A stretch of DNA of 64,000 nucleotides. Origin: Lama guanicoe. Taxonomy: Eukaryota. Where the stretch lies: the NCBI GenBank assembly GCA_013239625.1, contig MU053758.1, positions 2,108,001 through 2,172,000 on the forward strand. The letters are read 5' to 3'. Shown here one piece after another: positions 26,601 through 40,702 of this stretch. Position 1 is the stretch's first letter; every line of letters begins with the position of its first letter. The position numbers and the translations under genes are program-made. The notes beneath the pieces are model-generated. The model searched no databases. It was not told the DNA's origin and saw nothing but the letters and a program-made list of their open reading frames with translations.

Positions 26601-28149
26601 CCCAGGCTGCCTTGAACCAACAGAAAGGCTCCTCCCTCGCTGGCAGCGTATTGCCCTTGCTAATACCCGCCAGACCCCAGACCCTTCCAAAAGGCCAGGA
26701 GTGGGCCCGGTTGAGATCTGTGCTCCTCGGAAGAGAGAGGGAAAAGGAGGAAGAAATGTGGAGCCGAGGCAGGGGAGACTGGCTAAAATCATATCTAAAG
26801 AACTTTGACCTGCATTGCTCCCCCTTTATCCTGTTGTGGGGACAGATATCCAAGACCTTGACCCTACCATGATCTGTGGAGAGAAAAAGAGCAGGGGATT
26901 CGGCAAGAGACCTTAGTGCCAGTTTAGCTCAGGATCTTTCCGGTGGTGTGCCCCTGGACAAATCAGTACAACTCTCCTGTAAAATGGGATTGTTGGTACT
27001 GTGGTGTCTTTGTTACCTGGGATTATTGGGAAGATGAAATGATAGATAGCTAGGGTGTTTGGAGATGCTGTAAGGTGCTGTACAGCGGTCAGTCAGGATG
27101 GGAGGACCGGTTACCTCTTTACTCTACCCCTTCCCCTGCTCCACAAAGAGAAGAGATGAGTAGAATGGAGAAAATTTGGCCAGGTTCTGTGACCCTAAAA
27201 TAAGCCAACCTTCTGCGTTCTGCTGGAGGGGATACACTCCTCACCCTGGGTTCTGCAACAAGTGATGCCCAGCCTAAGCCATTTCTCTGATCACATCACT
27301 TTGAGAATGAAGATGAAGCTCATTAGTATTGTTCCATGAACAGACCCAACCTGAGGAGGACTCTCATCTTCCACTTGGGCATAAGAGAGCCTGGTTTGAC
27401 AGAGAATGCATGGGTTCTGTAGTCAGAAAGACCTGGGTTTTCCATTTCTGCTACTTCACTCAGCTGTAAAACGACAATGATACTAATTGCGTTGTGAGCA
27501 AGTGGCATAAATTTTGCTTCCTTTCCTTTTTTTTTTTTTTTTCCTTCTCAGCTCTATTTAGCAGCCAGGAAAGTCAGATGATAGATACGGGGTTATCAGC
27601 TGGAGCGAAGCAAAGATTTGGAGTCACAACTCAAGATCTAGGTTTCTTGGACCCCAGAATATTCTCCTTGGGTTTTTGTATTGGGTACTCCAGAGCAGGA
27701 GGAATGAATTATGACAGGTCCTCTCATTCGATTTTTTTTTTCAGACTTCCACAACTATTCATTCACTATTTCTCTAAGTGCTTTCTATGTGTAAAGCTCC
27801 ATGGCCACTGTAGTACAGCATAAGTAAAAACAAAAACAAAAACTAGTTCCTGCCACCAAGGAGCTTGTCTTAATACCATCCTTTGCAAGTTGCAAAGGTT
27901 AACTCGTGATGTTTCACAACTTGACTTCGGATATATTAGAATTAGGGACACTATACAGAAGAGGAAACTGAGGCATAAATAGATTAAGGACCACAGTGGC
28001 TCAAAAACAAACGTGTTTCGTGAGCTAGTCTGCGCTCCAGGAGCTCCCAATTTCTGGGAGAGTGAATAAAAGACTGCTTTTGTCCGATATCTGCCCTGAT
28101 TATTCTCTCTTTCTTTATTATTACTTTTTTTTCCCGCTAATAAATCCAG

Positions 28150-28535
28150 CGAATCCAGAAAGCCTGCGAAGAGTAGGCCACTCTAGCAAAACTCCTTCAT
28201 CCCGCCTGCGCAAACAAGTGGACTTCCGGCTTCCACTACCCACGTGATCAGGCATCCTTGCTGCGCATGCCTAATAGGAAGTCGGACTATACCACTTTCC
28301 CCTACCGAAGGGGTATATTTTCTTTGTTTTTAAGTTTAAAACCCATTCCTGATATTTATCTTCCATTATCCTGGGTCTTTACAGAAGATATAAGTAAGTT
28401 TAGGGTCTCAGAAGATGAAAGGACCGGAAAGGAATACGGGCGAAAGCGGAGCGGAGGATGGGCTCTCCCCTTCACAGATAATGGGAGGAGACTGGCGAGA
28501 GCGAATTCTTTCCTTTCGGCGCTGCGGCCGCAGCC
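28150..28535 (+). promoter_or_regulatory. RPL19 promoter and 5'TOP
   Basis: ETS acttccgg 28222-28229, E-box CACGTG 28241-28246, NRF1-like tgcgcatgc, oligopyrimidine ctttcctttc 28508-28517 before the ATG. Confidence 0.8.
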
Positions 28536-28540
28536 ATGAG
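28536..28540 (+). CDS. RPL19: RPL19 coding exon 1 (ATGAG)
   Basis: gcagccATGAG/gtaagg after the TOP tract. Confidence 0.93.
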
Positions 28541-29353
28541 GTAAGGCCGCTGGCGTCTCCGATATTGTTTGATTCCCGTTGTTGGGGGACTGTGCGGCTC
28601 AAAACTGCGGCCCGGGGTGGGAGAGGTGAGGTGGAGATGACCCTGAAGCGACTGGCCCCGGAGCTAGCGGTCGGCCGGAGCACACTAGTACCTGGCTTCA
28701 GAGTGTGGGGGTGGGGGTGGGGGAGCGTCTCGGGAAATGTACGCCGGGGGAGGATAGGATCCCTGGACCCACACGTATCCTGGACTTCTCACGCGGGCAG
28801 AGGAAAGGCGGCGGCGGGGACTGGGCGGTGGTCCCCTTACTTGCTGGGCTGATTTATGGATCCGAGCCTATCTCTGCTTCCATGAGAAGGAGGACAGGCC
28901 TTACGTAGGCCCCAGGCTTCCTACTGCCTAGAGTGTGGTGATCTCTAGCACTTTGAAGCCTTCTGCCCCATAGACCTATTATAAGAAAATATTTAAGGCT
29001 AGTTTACTACTGTGATAAGACGAGGAAAACGAAACAAATAGCTAGACTAGCAAATCAGGTCCACCGGCCACTTTTTTTCTTCACTTTTTTTTTAAATTAT
29101 TTGGGATTCTTTAAACACTTTTTTGAACTGAATACCAGAAAGTGCGTAAGCCTCCTCTTATTCCAGTTTTATCCGTTAGTCCCATTTTCCAGAGTTAAGA
29201 CTTGGTTTAGACTTTGTCTTCATCCCTGGGTGGGCAGTTGCCCCTACAGGAAGGCATAGCCACAGCTTTAACAAAGATCTTCATAAAGGAAAAGTTCTTA
29301 ATCTAGCGGTAGGTTGTGGGCGGCAGAAAGGTGGGGGGTGTGTTTGACCCTAG

Positions 29354-29746
<393 letters not shown>

Positions 29747-30316
29747 TAATAGTTATTACTAGAGTGGATGTTTTGTTTTACAGCTGTGTGAAGGATTTAT
29801 GAAAAGGTAGTTCAGGGACTTGGGAGTTGAAATGGCCAAAGAAATGATGAAGTGGGAAGACCTGGGGCCTCAGGCTTTAGTAAATTCCTGTTGGCATATA
29901 ATTATTCAGATGTCAGTCCTGCAGATAGCATTGATATGCCCACGTTACTTCCGTATAATACTGTTACAGGGGGAAAAAGTATTCAGTGACATTTGTTAAA
30001 GATGGTAAGGCAGACTTCATTCAGGATCACTGTAATAATTAATGGGGACCAGTACAATGGGATTTTTACAGTTGGGAAGGGAGATTGGGCTCAAATCCGA
30101 ATAGAGCCTGGGCAAGTGGGAATTTATAGTCAAGGAGAGTGGTATAGGAGAGTTAGTGGATAAAGAGAGAATGTGCTGTGAAACACCACTTTCTGCCATT
30201 TTTGAAAACAGAATATGAGCACTGTCTCTCTGGCCTGTCCTATTTGAACTCAACTGTGACTGGTGTTCTTGGGGCTAAGCCCCAGCTAACTGACCAGGTG
30301 CATTATGTTTTCCCAG

Positions 30317-30439
30317 GTCAGCAGATCCGGAAGCTGATCAAAGATGGGTTGATCATCCGAAAGCCTGTGACTGTCCATTCCCGGGCTCGATGCCGGAAAA
30401 ACACCTTAGCCCGCCGGAAGGGCAGGCATATGGGCATAG
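30317..30439 (+). CDS. RPL19: RPL19 exon 3 ([24 protein letters not shown]...HMGI)
   Basis: Matches eL19; CAG/GTAAGT. Confidence 0.97.
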
Positions 30440-31045
30440 GTAAGTGTGTTCTTCCCCTTTCTCTAAGACTTAGAGTAGGTGCTTATGTCTAGACTGAGAT
30501 ACATTCAGGATCCTTCTGTCTCGTCTTGAGCCCTTTTCGTTTCAAGTATTTCATGGTACTTGGTGTGTTTTCTCTCTGTGGCAATCAGAAAATTGGCACT
30601 AGTGTTGGAGTTGAAGGCATTGGTACGTTTATTGAGCACCTACGCTCTGTCAAGGATTCTAGTGTGGATACTTGGGAAATGTTCAGTAAATCCTTCAACC
30701 ACTTTCTAGGGTTAGAGTGATCTAGGGAGATGAAGGTCACACAACCTTTAAAAACCCCTTCCAGCTTACTCCTTCCAGAGCTTACTGCTCTGGTTCATGC
30801 CCTGTCATCTGCATTCTGCGTGAAGTGAACGGGGAGTAATTGCCTTGTTTGTGCTTCCTTAAAAATGAGGAAATGAAAGAAATTAAATACTTGGGATCAT
30901 CATCTAGAAAACGGAGATAATGCTACTTAAAATGAAGTACAACACTTGGCATATGACCCAGTGAATTATAAAGTGAGAAATTGGTAGCTATTGTTGTGAC
31001 CAACCACCTGGCTCTAGTAACCCAGACGCACTACAGTGGGCCTGA

Positions 31046-31183
<138 letters not shown>

Positions 31184-31362
31184 TAAGTACCTTGGGCCCA
31201 CCAAGACCTGTTGCTGCTTTGCACAAACTGTCTCATTGGCCTTGGGGAGGGAGGAAAGTAGTCCCTGCAGCAAGGGGAAGGGGGAAAGGAACCCTACGTG
31301 CTTAGGGACCTTGTATAGAGGAACAGATTCCAGGGGCCAACCTCTGTTGATCCCACAGCTGA

Positions 31363-31503
<141 letters not shown>

Positions 31504-31766
31504 TAAGTTTCTTCAGGAATTGGCCTCTGTCACGGGCAGGTTCTTTGACCTTTATTATGAAGGTTCTCCTGAGACACTGAAAAAGTGCTAGTGTCTAATC
31601 TTGACTTACGTGCAGTCTCTCCACAGTACAGCTGTTAGAGGTATATGCTCCTTTGTCCTGTACACATCTGCACACCACCTACCATCTATGTCTGGGTGGT
31701 GTAGGGACTGGCAGTAAATTAAAGCAGGAGCTGTTGGTGTCCCTAGCAGCTTTCCGAGCTGACTAG

Positions 31767-31961
<195 letters not shown>

Positions 31962-32019
31962 ACTTCTCCTCCTCTTGTCTGTACATAGTGGCCTTGGCAA
32001 TTACATGGATCACTCATTC

Positions 32020-32025
32020 AATAAA
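32020..32025 (+). terminator. RPL19 polyadenylation signal AATAAA
   Basis: AATAAA about 60 nt after the stop, followed by GT/T-rich sequence. Confidence 0.85.
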
Positions 32026-32206
32026 ACAAGTCTTTATCTGTTTCCAAAGTTGTTGGCTGCTTGGTGGATCTTCATTATTTACAGGGCAAGAACTGAGGAC
32101 TGGGTTACAGGCTCATGCCCCTCCATCCAAGCAAGGGGTGTGGGGTCTATTTTGAGGGAAGGGAAAGAGTGGCTTCTATCCAAGCCTCAGATATTGTGCT
32201 TCAAAA

Positions 32207-32320
32207 CTGCCCTTTGCAGCAGGGTATGACTGGCGCCTTGGATGCTGCCCTTTACAGCAGGGCATGAGTGGCACCTTGGACACTGCCCTTTACAGCAGGG
32301 TATGAGTGGCACCTTGGATG
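32207..32320. repeat. 38-bp minisatellite, 3 copies
   Basis: ctgcccttt[ag]cagcaggg[ct]atga[cg]tggc[ag]ccttgga.. at 32207, 32245 and 32283. Confidence 0.92.
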
Positions 32321-34653
32321 TGGTCTCAAATGTTGGTTCGGAACTGGTAGTCGTGACTTGAATTCTCACATAGTTTAAAAAAAAACAAAATAATATGCTT
32401 ACACTTCTCAACTGCCCTTAGATCCAAGGTTGAAATCTACTGCCTTGGAACTCCAGGGCAGTGGGAAATTGAACCACCGCCAGTCCAGAGGCTGTGATGT
32501 CTGGACTGCCAACTACCTAAGCTGTCTGATTTAGACAGCCTTACTGAGATACAACAAGCTGTCTTTCTGAGCATTCCAGTTTCTGTTTCTAGTCTTTTTT
32601 TCTTCCCTATCCTAGCAAAGCTTCTGTTTGTTTTTGTTGGTTAAAGCTATCACAAATGGTCTAAAGCTTTTTCCTTTAGCTTTCTCAGAAATGGGAGTAA
32701 AGGCACATAATGTACACACTTGTCACAGCCATTTTGAGTTGCTTAATTTATACTCCCTTTTACAAATGAGGTTTTATTTCGCCACTTACCTGGTAGTAAT
32801 AACTGCCAATACATTTTTCAGTAAACTGTTCTGTGAGCCAAGTAGTGTGAAGCAGTTTACATTGACTTTCATTGATTCTCTAGTGTCACCACATTGTAAA
32901 GTCGGGTATCAGCTTCTCCATTTTGCAGATGAGAAAAAGTGTTGGGAGTCACCTGTTCTGCCTGAGCCAAGTGCATTGTTGGGGGTGGCGGGTAAGTAAA
33001 ATACTACTTTATGGACATTGACCGTGGAGGCTGAGGAAGAAGTCTGGCATGCTCCCCAGGCCTCGAGCTTTGGAGGACTGAGCAGGAGATCCCCTTCGGT
33101 GATCAGGAGACAGGACCAGTCGGGGTGAGAATGGCTAGAAGAGCAAGTGGGTGGCAGTTTGGGGGACAGGTGTCCAGGGCGAAGGGGTCAATCAGCCAGT
33201 GCCAATACAGGAGTGCCAGCTCAGGTGAGAGGTCGGGTTGGGGAGGAAAGTTGCACAGCAAGAACTGATGTGCCCGTCCTGGTTACCTCCCTGCCCTCCA
33301 CACTTCTCAAGAGGAATTCTTGTTTGCGGGCAGTAAAACAGGAAGGCCAGTAGGGAACCTTCAGGGCGTGTGCCGGGCTGATGTTCCCACTTACACTTGT
33401 GTGAGAAAGGCAGGGCTAAAGTGGCCTTGGGGGCAGTGGACTTCTCCCTAGCTCTGTCTGCAATGCCCTCGTCCAGTCTGGACAGGGTGGGGAGGTGGGT
33501 AGCCCAAATCAGGGAAGTCCAGACAGAAATACCCAGACAATCTCCAGCATATCAGTGAGCCTGGGCTAAGAAAACTGATTTCAGGCTCCCTGTTGCCACT
33601 GTAGCCACCTGTGCATAATATATCCTTTGAGAATGAGAATATATTCTCATCCTTTGCCATTCCACATGGGGGCGCCGTGGCCTAGAAGAGGAAGGGCCTT
33701 GGCCAGGCTTGGAACATGAGACACCTCCTTCCCAGGCCCAGACCAGAGGAGGAAGGGCACTGAAGGCTGCCCACCTCCACCCCATCCAGGCAGTAGAGGG
33801 ATGACCAGAAGGAGAGTAAGATACTCAAGCAAGAGACCCTCACTGGGATTCCTGAGCCTACAGCACATAAAACAGATTCCATGGTGGACCAGGAGATGGC
33901 GCTGTTCCCTCACAGGTAACTGAAGGTGAAGGAAACTGCCTCACTTTTAGGGGGTATTGGAGGGAGGCTGGAGTGGCAGGGAAGTATCAGGTTGTAGGAA
34001 CCTATTTCTTGGGAAGCCTTAGGTTCAGTCACCTCTTTTTGAAGCTCATCCCCGGCCCCAAGTTACCTCTTTCCGTCAGGGTCCTCTAACCCCTTCCCAG
34101 GGCAGTGCCTGGGAGCAGCCCCTTACAACTGCTAGGTCTCTTCCAGGTCCTGGAGCCTGGTGAATTTCTAATGAAAAGATATGTCCATTCTCTCAAGAAC
34201 ATGCAACTGGTCCCATCATATAATTTTGCATACCTTTTAAAGGGGTTCATGGCCCCCAGGTAAAGGCTCCCCAGGCAAGTCCAACACCATTTCTGGAGGA
34301 GGAAACTGAGGTCCAGAGGGGCCGGTGACTCCCTAGAAGCCCAGTGTTGCACGAACACTGGCACCCGCCTTCGATTCCTTCAGACTTGGGAGGATGAGAC
34401 TCAGAGTGGGCTGCAATGGAGGTACAAACCACAGCTGCTGCTGCAGGGCCATGAGCTGGAGAAGGGGTGCAGAGTCCTGGGCCCCCTTCCTGGTGCACTC
34501 TCTGAGGCTGAGACAGGGGCCACCTAGGCCGGCTTCCCGAAAGCACAGGGAGGGCTGAGGCTGGAAGTACACACTGCCTTCCTTGCACTCGTCCGGCAGA
34601 TGCCCCCAGCCTGTCTCAAGCACAGAGGAGAGGGCAGTAAGAATGGTGAAGAT

Positions 34654-34813
34654 GGGGAGGGTATAGCTCAGTGGTAGAGCACAGGCTTAGCATGTATGAG
34701 GTCCTGGGTTCAATCCCCAGCACCCCCATTAAAAAAAATTAAACTTTAAAAAATAATAATAAATAAATAAACCTAACCCCCACCCCAAAGAAAAAAACCT
34801 AAAAGAACAAAAA
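34654..34813 (+). mobile_element. tRNA-derived SINE (Vic-1-like) with target-site duplication
   Basis: A box/B box (tagctcagtgg, gggttcaatcc), aaataaacctaa tail, TSD aagaatggtg at 34639-34648 and 34814-34823. Confidence 0.88.
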
Positions 34814-36884
34814 AAGAATGGTGGGCAGTAAAGAAGGCTGAAGAAGTCAAAGGGAATGGTGCTAGCAAGATGAGTGGAGTTTCACAGAGGGTCTCACTTC
34901 CCCCACAGTGAGTGTGTCTCCCCCAAGACCTCCTACATCTGGTATCCATCTCTCTGTCCTTTTAGGCCTCTAGTCTCTGGTCCCCAGACTCCCCCTCTTT
35001 TGCCATCTCCTGTAAGCCTAGATAACCTTAATCCCCACACCATACATGCCGGGTTAAGCTCAGGCTGAGGTGGGGGAATAGAGGGCACGTGCGGGTCAGG
35101 CAACAGAGCCAAATGGTGGGTTAGCACCTCCAGCAGGTTGCTGGGCATCCTCTGCCCCTGGCCAACAGTGTTGCTGCTCCTGCCACCCCCAGAGTGGACA
35201 CGGATGAGGGCAGAGGCTACAGGGGGAGCACCAGCTGTTCCCAGCCCCCAGGCTGTGAGCATGCTGTCAGTGGTTCAGCCACCCGAAAAAGCTGCTGTGC
35301 TCAGCAGTGCGGCAAATGGGCTGGGAAGGAGGTGGGGGTCCAGGCCAGCTGCCGGCTGGGGCAGACACAAGTGAGTGTGCAGAAGGTTTGGCTGAAAAGC
35401 TCTCACTCTCTCCAATGGGGTGGGATCTAAGCCCCAGGAGCCCCTGGCCCAGCACCTCAAGGTGTCTCTGTTTCCATCTTCCTGGTTTAAGGCACTGAGG
35501 GACCCAGGATCAGGTGGGGGGAAGAGCTGAACTGGGAGGCAAGAGATATAATTTCTGAAACCAACTTGACTACTAACTTACTGGATGACCTTGGGCAAGT
35601 TTCTAGTCTACTCTGGGCTTCAGTTTCTCCTCGTATAAAAAGGGCAAGTTTGGGCTGGATAATCTGAATGATCATGGGCAAGCCACCTAATATCTCTGTG
35701 CCTCAGTTTCTTATCTGTGAAAAGTGGCTGCCACCAGTTTCCTCACTGGGTAGTTAGAGGATAAAATAAAATCAAGGTCCTGGCATGATCCTGGGGTCAC
35801 AGTGGGTGCCTATTTGTGTGAGTTTCCCTCTCTTGAAGCCTTTGGACAGGGTTTGTGACCCTTTATCCACTCCCACCATCAGGGGTCCTAGGAAGGGGGA
35901 TCACCTTCCTCCTGCCTCCCCCCCACAAGCTCTAGGGTCTTCCCTAGATGACGGGGCCCAAAGATAGCTCAGCGGGGGACCCAGGGTCTGGTCCCATCTG
36001 GCCTACCTTGATTTGGGGGTTGGGGGCTGGAAGGCAAAACCGGGTGGATGCCCTTCCGAAGCAGCAGGCCCCCACTCCCTCTGGATTCTGGCAGCACCGT
36101 GCTGCCCTAGCACCCCCGCAGCCCGCCTCTCTCTCCCTCAGCTCTCCTCTCTGCCTATAAATAGCACAGGACGTGCTCGCGGTGGGGATGACGCGGCTGG
36201 GCGGGCGGAGGGGAAAGAGACAGCTCTGCCGGAGCAGGTGGGCGGCGGGCACTGCTGCGGGAGGGGCGCCACCGCCGGCCCCTTGTGCCAGGCTCCTGAT
36301 GACGGGTGTGACTGAGTCACCTGAGGCCCAGGGTCCGCAGCTGTCTTTGCCGCCAGCCTATCTGTCTCGGGCTTAAGGGGCTGCGGGGAAGAGGCTGATC
36401 TCGGGTGGGTATTGAGCCCCCCAGATCCCGGGCACGGCTGGTCTCAGAGGGCACCTCTGGGTGGGTAGCAACGGTCCAGACGGGGAGATGTGTGTCCGCC
36501 CCCTGCCCAACGCAGGTGAGCATCCAACCAGAAAGTGACCGCAGCCCCACTCTCTCTCCCTTCCGCACCCCCCAAGTCTCCTCCCCCTCTTCCTCAGGGC
36601 CTTTACACGTCATTCTCCCCGCTGGCTCTCCCCAGCCCCTTCTCTCAAACCCAGATCCAGCCTGGATCAGGCTGCTTGGGTGGTAGGGAGTGAGGCGGCA
36701 TGCGGGGAGAAGGAGGTTTCGTTGTTACCGCTGGCCCCAGCCCCAGCATCCCTCCTCTCAGAGATGAGCACACTCTCCCACCTTATGGGAGCACCTCCAG
36801 CCCTGCCGACTCCCTGCCCCTTCCCTTCCTCTAGCCCAAACAGATACATAGATACACAGAGCAGGCAGGTTGGGACAAGAAACA

Positions 36885-36890
36885 TTTAAT
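36885..36890 (-). terminator. Probable STAC2 polyadenylation signal ATTAAA
   Basis: ATTAAA on - strand about 1.5 kb after the stop, followed by GU-rich tgtgtatctatgtatctgttt. Confidence 0.55.
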
Positions 36891-38369
36891 TAGGGGCCTG
36901 GGGGCTCAGCAATGCCCCAGCAGACCCATCATGCAGCCTCATGTACAGTGGGCACTGGGCCCGCCCCTGGGATATTGCTGGGGGAGGGGCCTCATGGCAG
37001 CAAACAGGGCAGTGTGGCTTAAGCCCCCCTCTGCGAGGGAGAAGTAGGGCAGGGGGCAGTGGGTGGGAGGACGTACCCCTCCCACTGCATGGGAGGGTAT
37101 GACTGTGCCCAGGATGGGGGTGGCATTGGCTGGCATGATCAAGGGCACAAGAGGAGGCTCTGAGCTTGGGGAGAGAGAGGTTGGTACCAGAGAAAAGCAA
37201 CCTGCAAGGGAGGGGTCCTCTTTGTGTGTCCCCATCCCCCGAAGGTGCCTACCCTCTTCCTTTCCTGGTGGCCAAACAGAATTCTTTATCTGTCTCCCAC
37301 TCTCTCTTCCTCCCAGGGATCTGTGTCCTGGGAGAGGGAGCAGATACAGCTAGAAAAGGGACCCCTGAAAGAGCAGCCCTGTCCCCTGCAAAGGCTGAAG
37401 GGAGGGGTGAGGGAGGGCCATTGCGAGGTCAGCCCTGAGGGTGGCACTCCTGGGGTGGGCAGGGGCCCCCTCAACTCCGACAGAAACTGAGTAGTACGGC
37501 CTTCCCAGGTGGTCAGTCCCGCCACTGGGGGCTTTTAGTGTCCTGACAGTGACATGGGGGTTGTTCTGACCGGGCATGGGCCAGTTTTTCATTCTCAGTT
37601 GGGTTTCTGTGTTCAGGCTGCTCTTGGGTGTCCTTTTCCAGCTAACAACAGTAGGGTGAGGCTGCTCTGTGGTGACTCTCCTCCTTGAGGGGGCAGTCTC
37701 TGTGCCATACCCTTGCCAGACCTCAGCCCTCCCCTCCTCTGTCCACCTAGGTTTCAAGTAATGGGAGAGAGAACTGCAGAACTTTCCTGAGAAGTGATGG
37801 AGTGACAGAGGTGGTGAGGCCAGGAGGTGGACTCAGGATGTCCCGAATTTCCTCCCCACTGAGGGTGGAGGGCTAAGGGACCCGGGAAGCACCTTCCCGA
37901 GGTCCCACTTCCAAAGGGGCAGCTGCAAGGTCACACACAGAGAGACCCGAGCAGAGGCTCTGTGAGGAGAGGGGAGCCATCAGGCATGCAGAGTGGTGAG
38001 GGTGTGGCGTGGGAAGGCGCTGGAAGAGGCAGCAGAGAAGTTCCCTGGGAACTTCTTCTCAGGGCTGAATTCAGCATGGCAACTGGACTGGCAGTCCCTG
38101 GGCTCTGGGTGGAGCTACTAGAAACTTCGCATTCCCTCCCACTTTTTCTTCCTCTCTGCCCCCAAATCTCAGAGCAGCAACCTCCTCAGGGCACCCTAGG
38201 GCCCAAGAAATAAAACATTCCTCAGTGCAGAAGGCTCCCAAGCCATGGTGAGTGGCCCTGAGGAGAGAAGGAGGGAGGAAGAGTGTGGGCAGATGCCTGC
38301 TCCCCTCCTGGGGCCAGAAGCGAGGACCGGGCACAGGCAGGGGTGGCATCTGGGTTTTCGTGGCTCCTC

Positions 38370-38474
38370 TCAGATCTCGGTCAGGGCGTCGGCTGGCACC
38401 AGGCCCCGTTTCTTGCCACTGCTGACGCGGATGAAGCCGTCAGCATCCTTGGTCCTGCCCACGCCCACACAGAT
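38370..38474 (-). CDS. STAC2: STAC2 exon 11 ([34 protein letters not shown])
   Basis: End of second SH3 domain; TGA at 38370-38372. Confidence 0.95.
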   Translation of the reverse strand: MCVGVGRTKDADGFIRVSSGKKRGLVPADALTEI

Positions 38475-39043
38475 CTGAGCCAGAGAGACACAGCTGAAGC
38501 CTGGCACTGCCTGCATCCCTGGCCCTGAGTCCTGCTGATGTCTCCCAGGGGGCCTATCCCAGGGGATAATGTGGGACCAGCATCAGATGTGGCTGAAACT
38601 GGGCTGATGGGAGCAGAACTCACGAGGGTACAAGGGGCAGCAGCCTGACCAGGCCATCAGCAGACACCAAGCAGCACTTTGGGGCTGACCTTTGAGAGCA
38701 GCTGGTCTATTGTACAGCGAGACTCCCATTTCATCCAGGAGGTAACAGGGAGAAAAGGACTTGCCCAAGGTTAACAGCTCAAAGGCAGAGCCAGCATTCA
38801 GACCCGAGCCTTTAGCTCCTCCCCCAACTGTCTCTAACATAACTCCGCCCCCTGCCAGTGGTGGCCACCAGCCCCAATTCCCAGCAGGAGATGACAGGAG
38901 GGCCCTGCAGTCCCACTGCTTCTAACCTGCCTTCCCTCCTGCTACCAGTCTGCAAGTATCCTTCTACAGCGCGCTTGCCCACACCCCTACCCACCTCTCT
39001 CCCACGCACCCCACTCCAGCCGCTGCAGGGCCCAGGCCCTCAC

Positions 39044-39181
39044 CTGGTTCTCCTTGAGGCTCATGTAGCCTTGTTCCTTGTTCCCGGAGAAGGGTTGGCA
39101 GCAGCGCCAAACGTTCTCTCCCGGCCTCACCCGCTGCACAAAATTGGCTGGGAAGAAGCCAACCCGGTCACCAATCTTGCC
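39044..39181 (-). CDS. STAC2: STAC2 exon 10 ([22 protein letters not shown]...LKENQ)
   Basis: SH3-1 end and SH3-2 start; CAG/GTGAGG. Confidence 0.95.
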
Positions 39182-39539
39182 CTGGGGATGAGGCCGGCAA
39201 TGAGCACCCGTGACACCCCAACCCCCACTGCTTTCTCTAGACCCAATGCCCTGGGAGCCAATGCCATCATCCTCCTGATCGTGGGCTCTGTCTTTCCGAG
39301 CCGCTAGTCCGGTGGCTTCTGGGCTGGGCAGGGCACAAGGTGGGCAGAGGGACAAGCCTGGCGGGGAGGGGCAAAGAGAGAGCAAGGCCTGAGGGGTGGG
39401 CCTAGGCCTGGCTAGGGCCAGTGGAGAAAGGAGAGGAGGTCTTTGGGGTCGGAGAGAAGGTGGGGCAGTGCCCTATGTGGGTGGGGGCTAGTGAGGTGCC
39501 TGCCACTCCCCACCCTTCGCTCCCACCCTGCCAAGTCAC

Positions 39540-39591
39540 CTTCCACCAGTCCTCGTTCGAGTCATCCACCAGCATGATCCGATCTCCAGGC
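39540..39591 (-). CDS. STAC2: STAC2 exon 9 (PGDRIMLVDDSNEDWWK)
   Basis: SH3 WW motif; CAG/GTGACT. Confidence 0.95.
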
Positions 39592-39977
39592 CTGGGAGGA
39601 GAGAGCTGGGGTAGCATATGGGGCAGGAGGGAGCTGCCCGCTCTGTATCCCAGTAGTCCTAGGCCCCCCCACCCCCTGCATGCCCCCCTCGGCTGGGGGA
39701 GGATCCTTGATGCCCTCGGAGGACCCTATGTGACCACAGGTGTGGCAGACACTCTCCAGGACAGAGGCTGGGCAGGGGACAGGAGACATGACATCAGTAC
39801 TAATCCCTCTTGGACTCTGACACTTCTGTCTCCTCTTTGGGCTCAGGAGCCTCAAGCATGCCAGGAAAAGGTTCATGAAGGTCCCCTTCACACTCATGTT
39901 CCAAGGTCTGGGAGCACAGAGCCTTGAGGTTGGAGCCAGGCAGCTGCCGGGTGGGGCTGGGCCACAGGAGGACTTAC

Positions 39978-40075
39978 TGCAAAGCCAGATCATTGTTCTC
40001 CTGGGGCAGAAACTTGTAGAGCGCGACGTAGGAGTACATGGGCCCCACATCCTTCCGTAGCGGGGGCCTGGGGGG
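39978..40075 (-). CDS. STAC2: STAC2 exon 8 ([32 protein letters not shown])
   Basis: SH3-1 start; CAG/GTAAGT. Confidence 0.93.
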
Positions 40076-40548
40076 CTGTGGGAAAGCTCTGGATCATTGA
40101 TGGGAGGGTGACACCTTTCTCACTCTCCCGCTGTCCCCTTGCCCTGACCTTGCCTACCCTGGGGGCTGGGAGGTGGGACACAGTGCTCTTGGGTCAATGA
40201 GAGCAAGAGGTCAGACTCTCCTATCTGCTGTGCTCACACGGCCCTGAAGGGACCGGGCAACGGACAGAGAAGGGTGATCCTCCTCTGCCCGCCACACCCT
40301 GGCACTGCCCACCCTTGGGGAAATCAGAGCTGTTGAAATAGACACTGGGTCAGTGGTGGCAGGAGTAATGCTCCTGCCTCCCTTGCCTACTCTCCCTGGC
40401 ACTGCCCATCCCTGTAGGCTGAGGGTAAATGAAGGAGCGGTGATACTCCTGCTCACCACACTCTCACCCACCTAGGGATCAGTGACAGGAAGAAGCGACA
40501 TCCCTTTCCCACCTGGCCTGTCAATGCTCGGTGCCAACATTGCCTCAC

Positions 40549-40610
40549 CTGCTGTCCAGGGCTCTTCTCCTCTGGTCCTGACCCTTCGCTCTCAGCCGGG
40601 GCTGTGAATA
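40549..40610 (-). CDS. STAC2: STAC2 exon 7 (VFTAPAESEGSGPEEKSPGQQ)
   Basis: Linker; CAG/GTGAGG; phases consistent. Confidence 0.9.
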
Positions 40611-40702
40611 CTGGAGATGGCAGGGTGGGGCCGGGGTGTGAGGCAGCGGGTAGCGGCCCGTGCTGTGTTCCATTCCTGCCCCTGGTCCCCAACCCCACTC
40701 AC

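Noticed and set aside
32207..32320. CRISPR-like array
   Set aside because: Contiguous tandem units with no unique spacers, in a mammalian context.
34654..34726. tRNA-Ala-like sequence (also at 54817, 12750 and 51575)
   Set aside because: Degenerate stems, A-rich tails, a TSD and multiple copies indicate SINEs, not tRNA genes.
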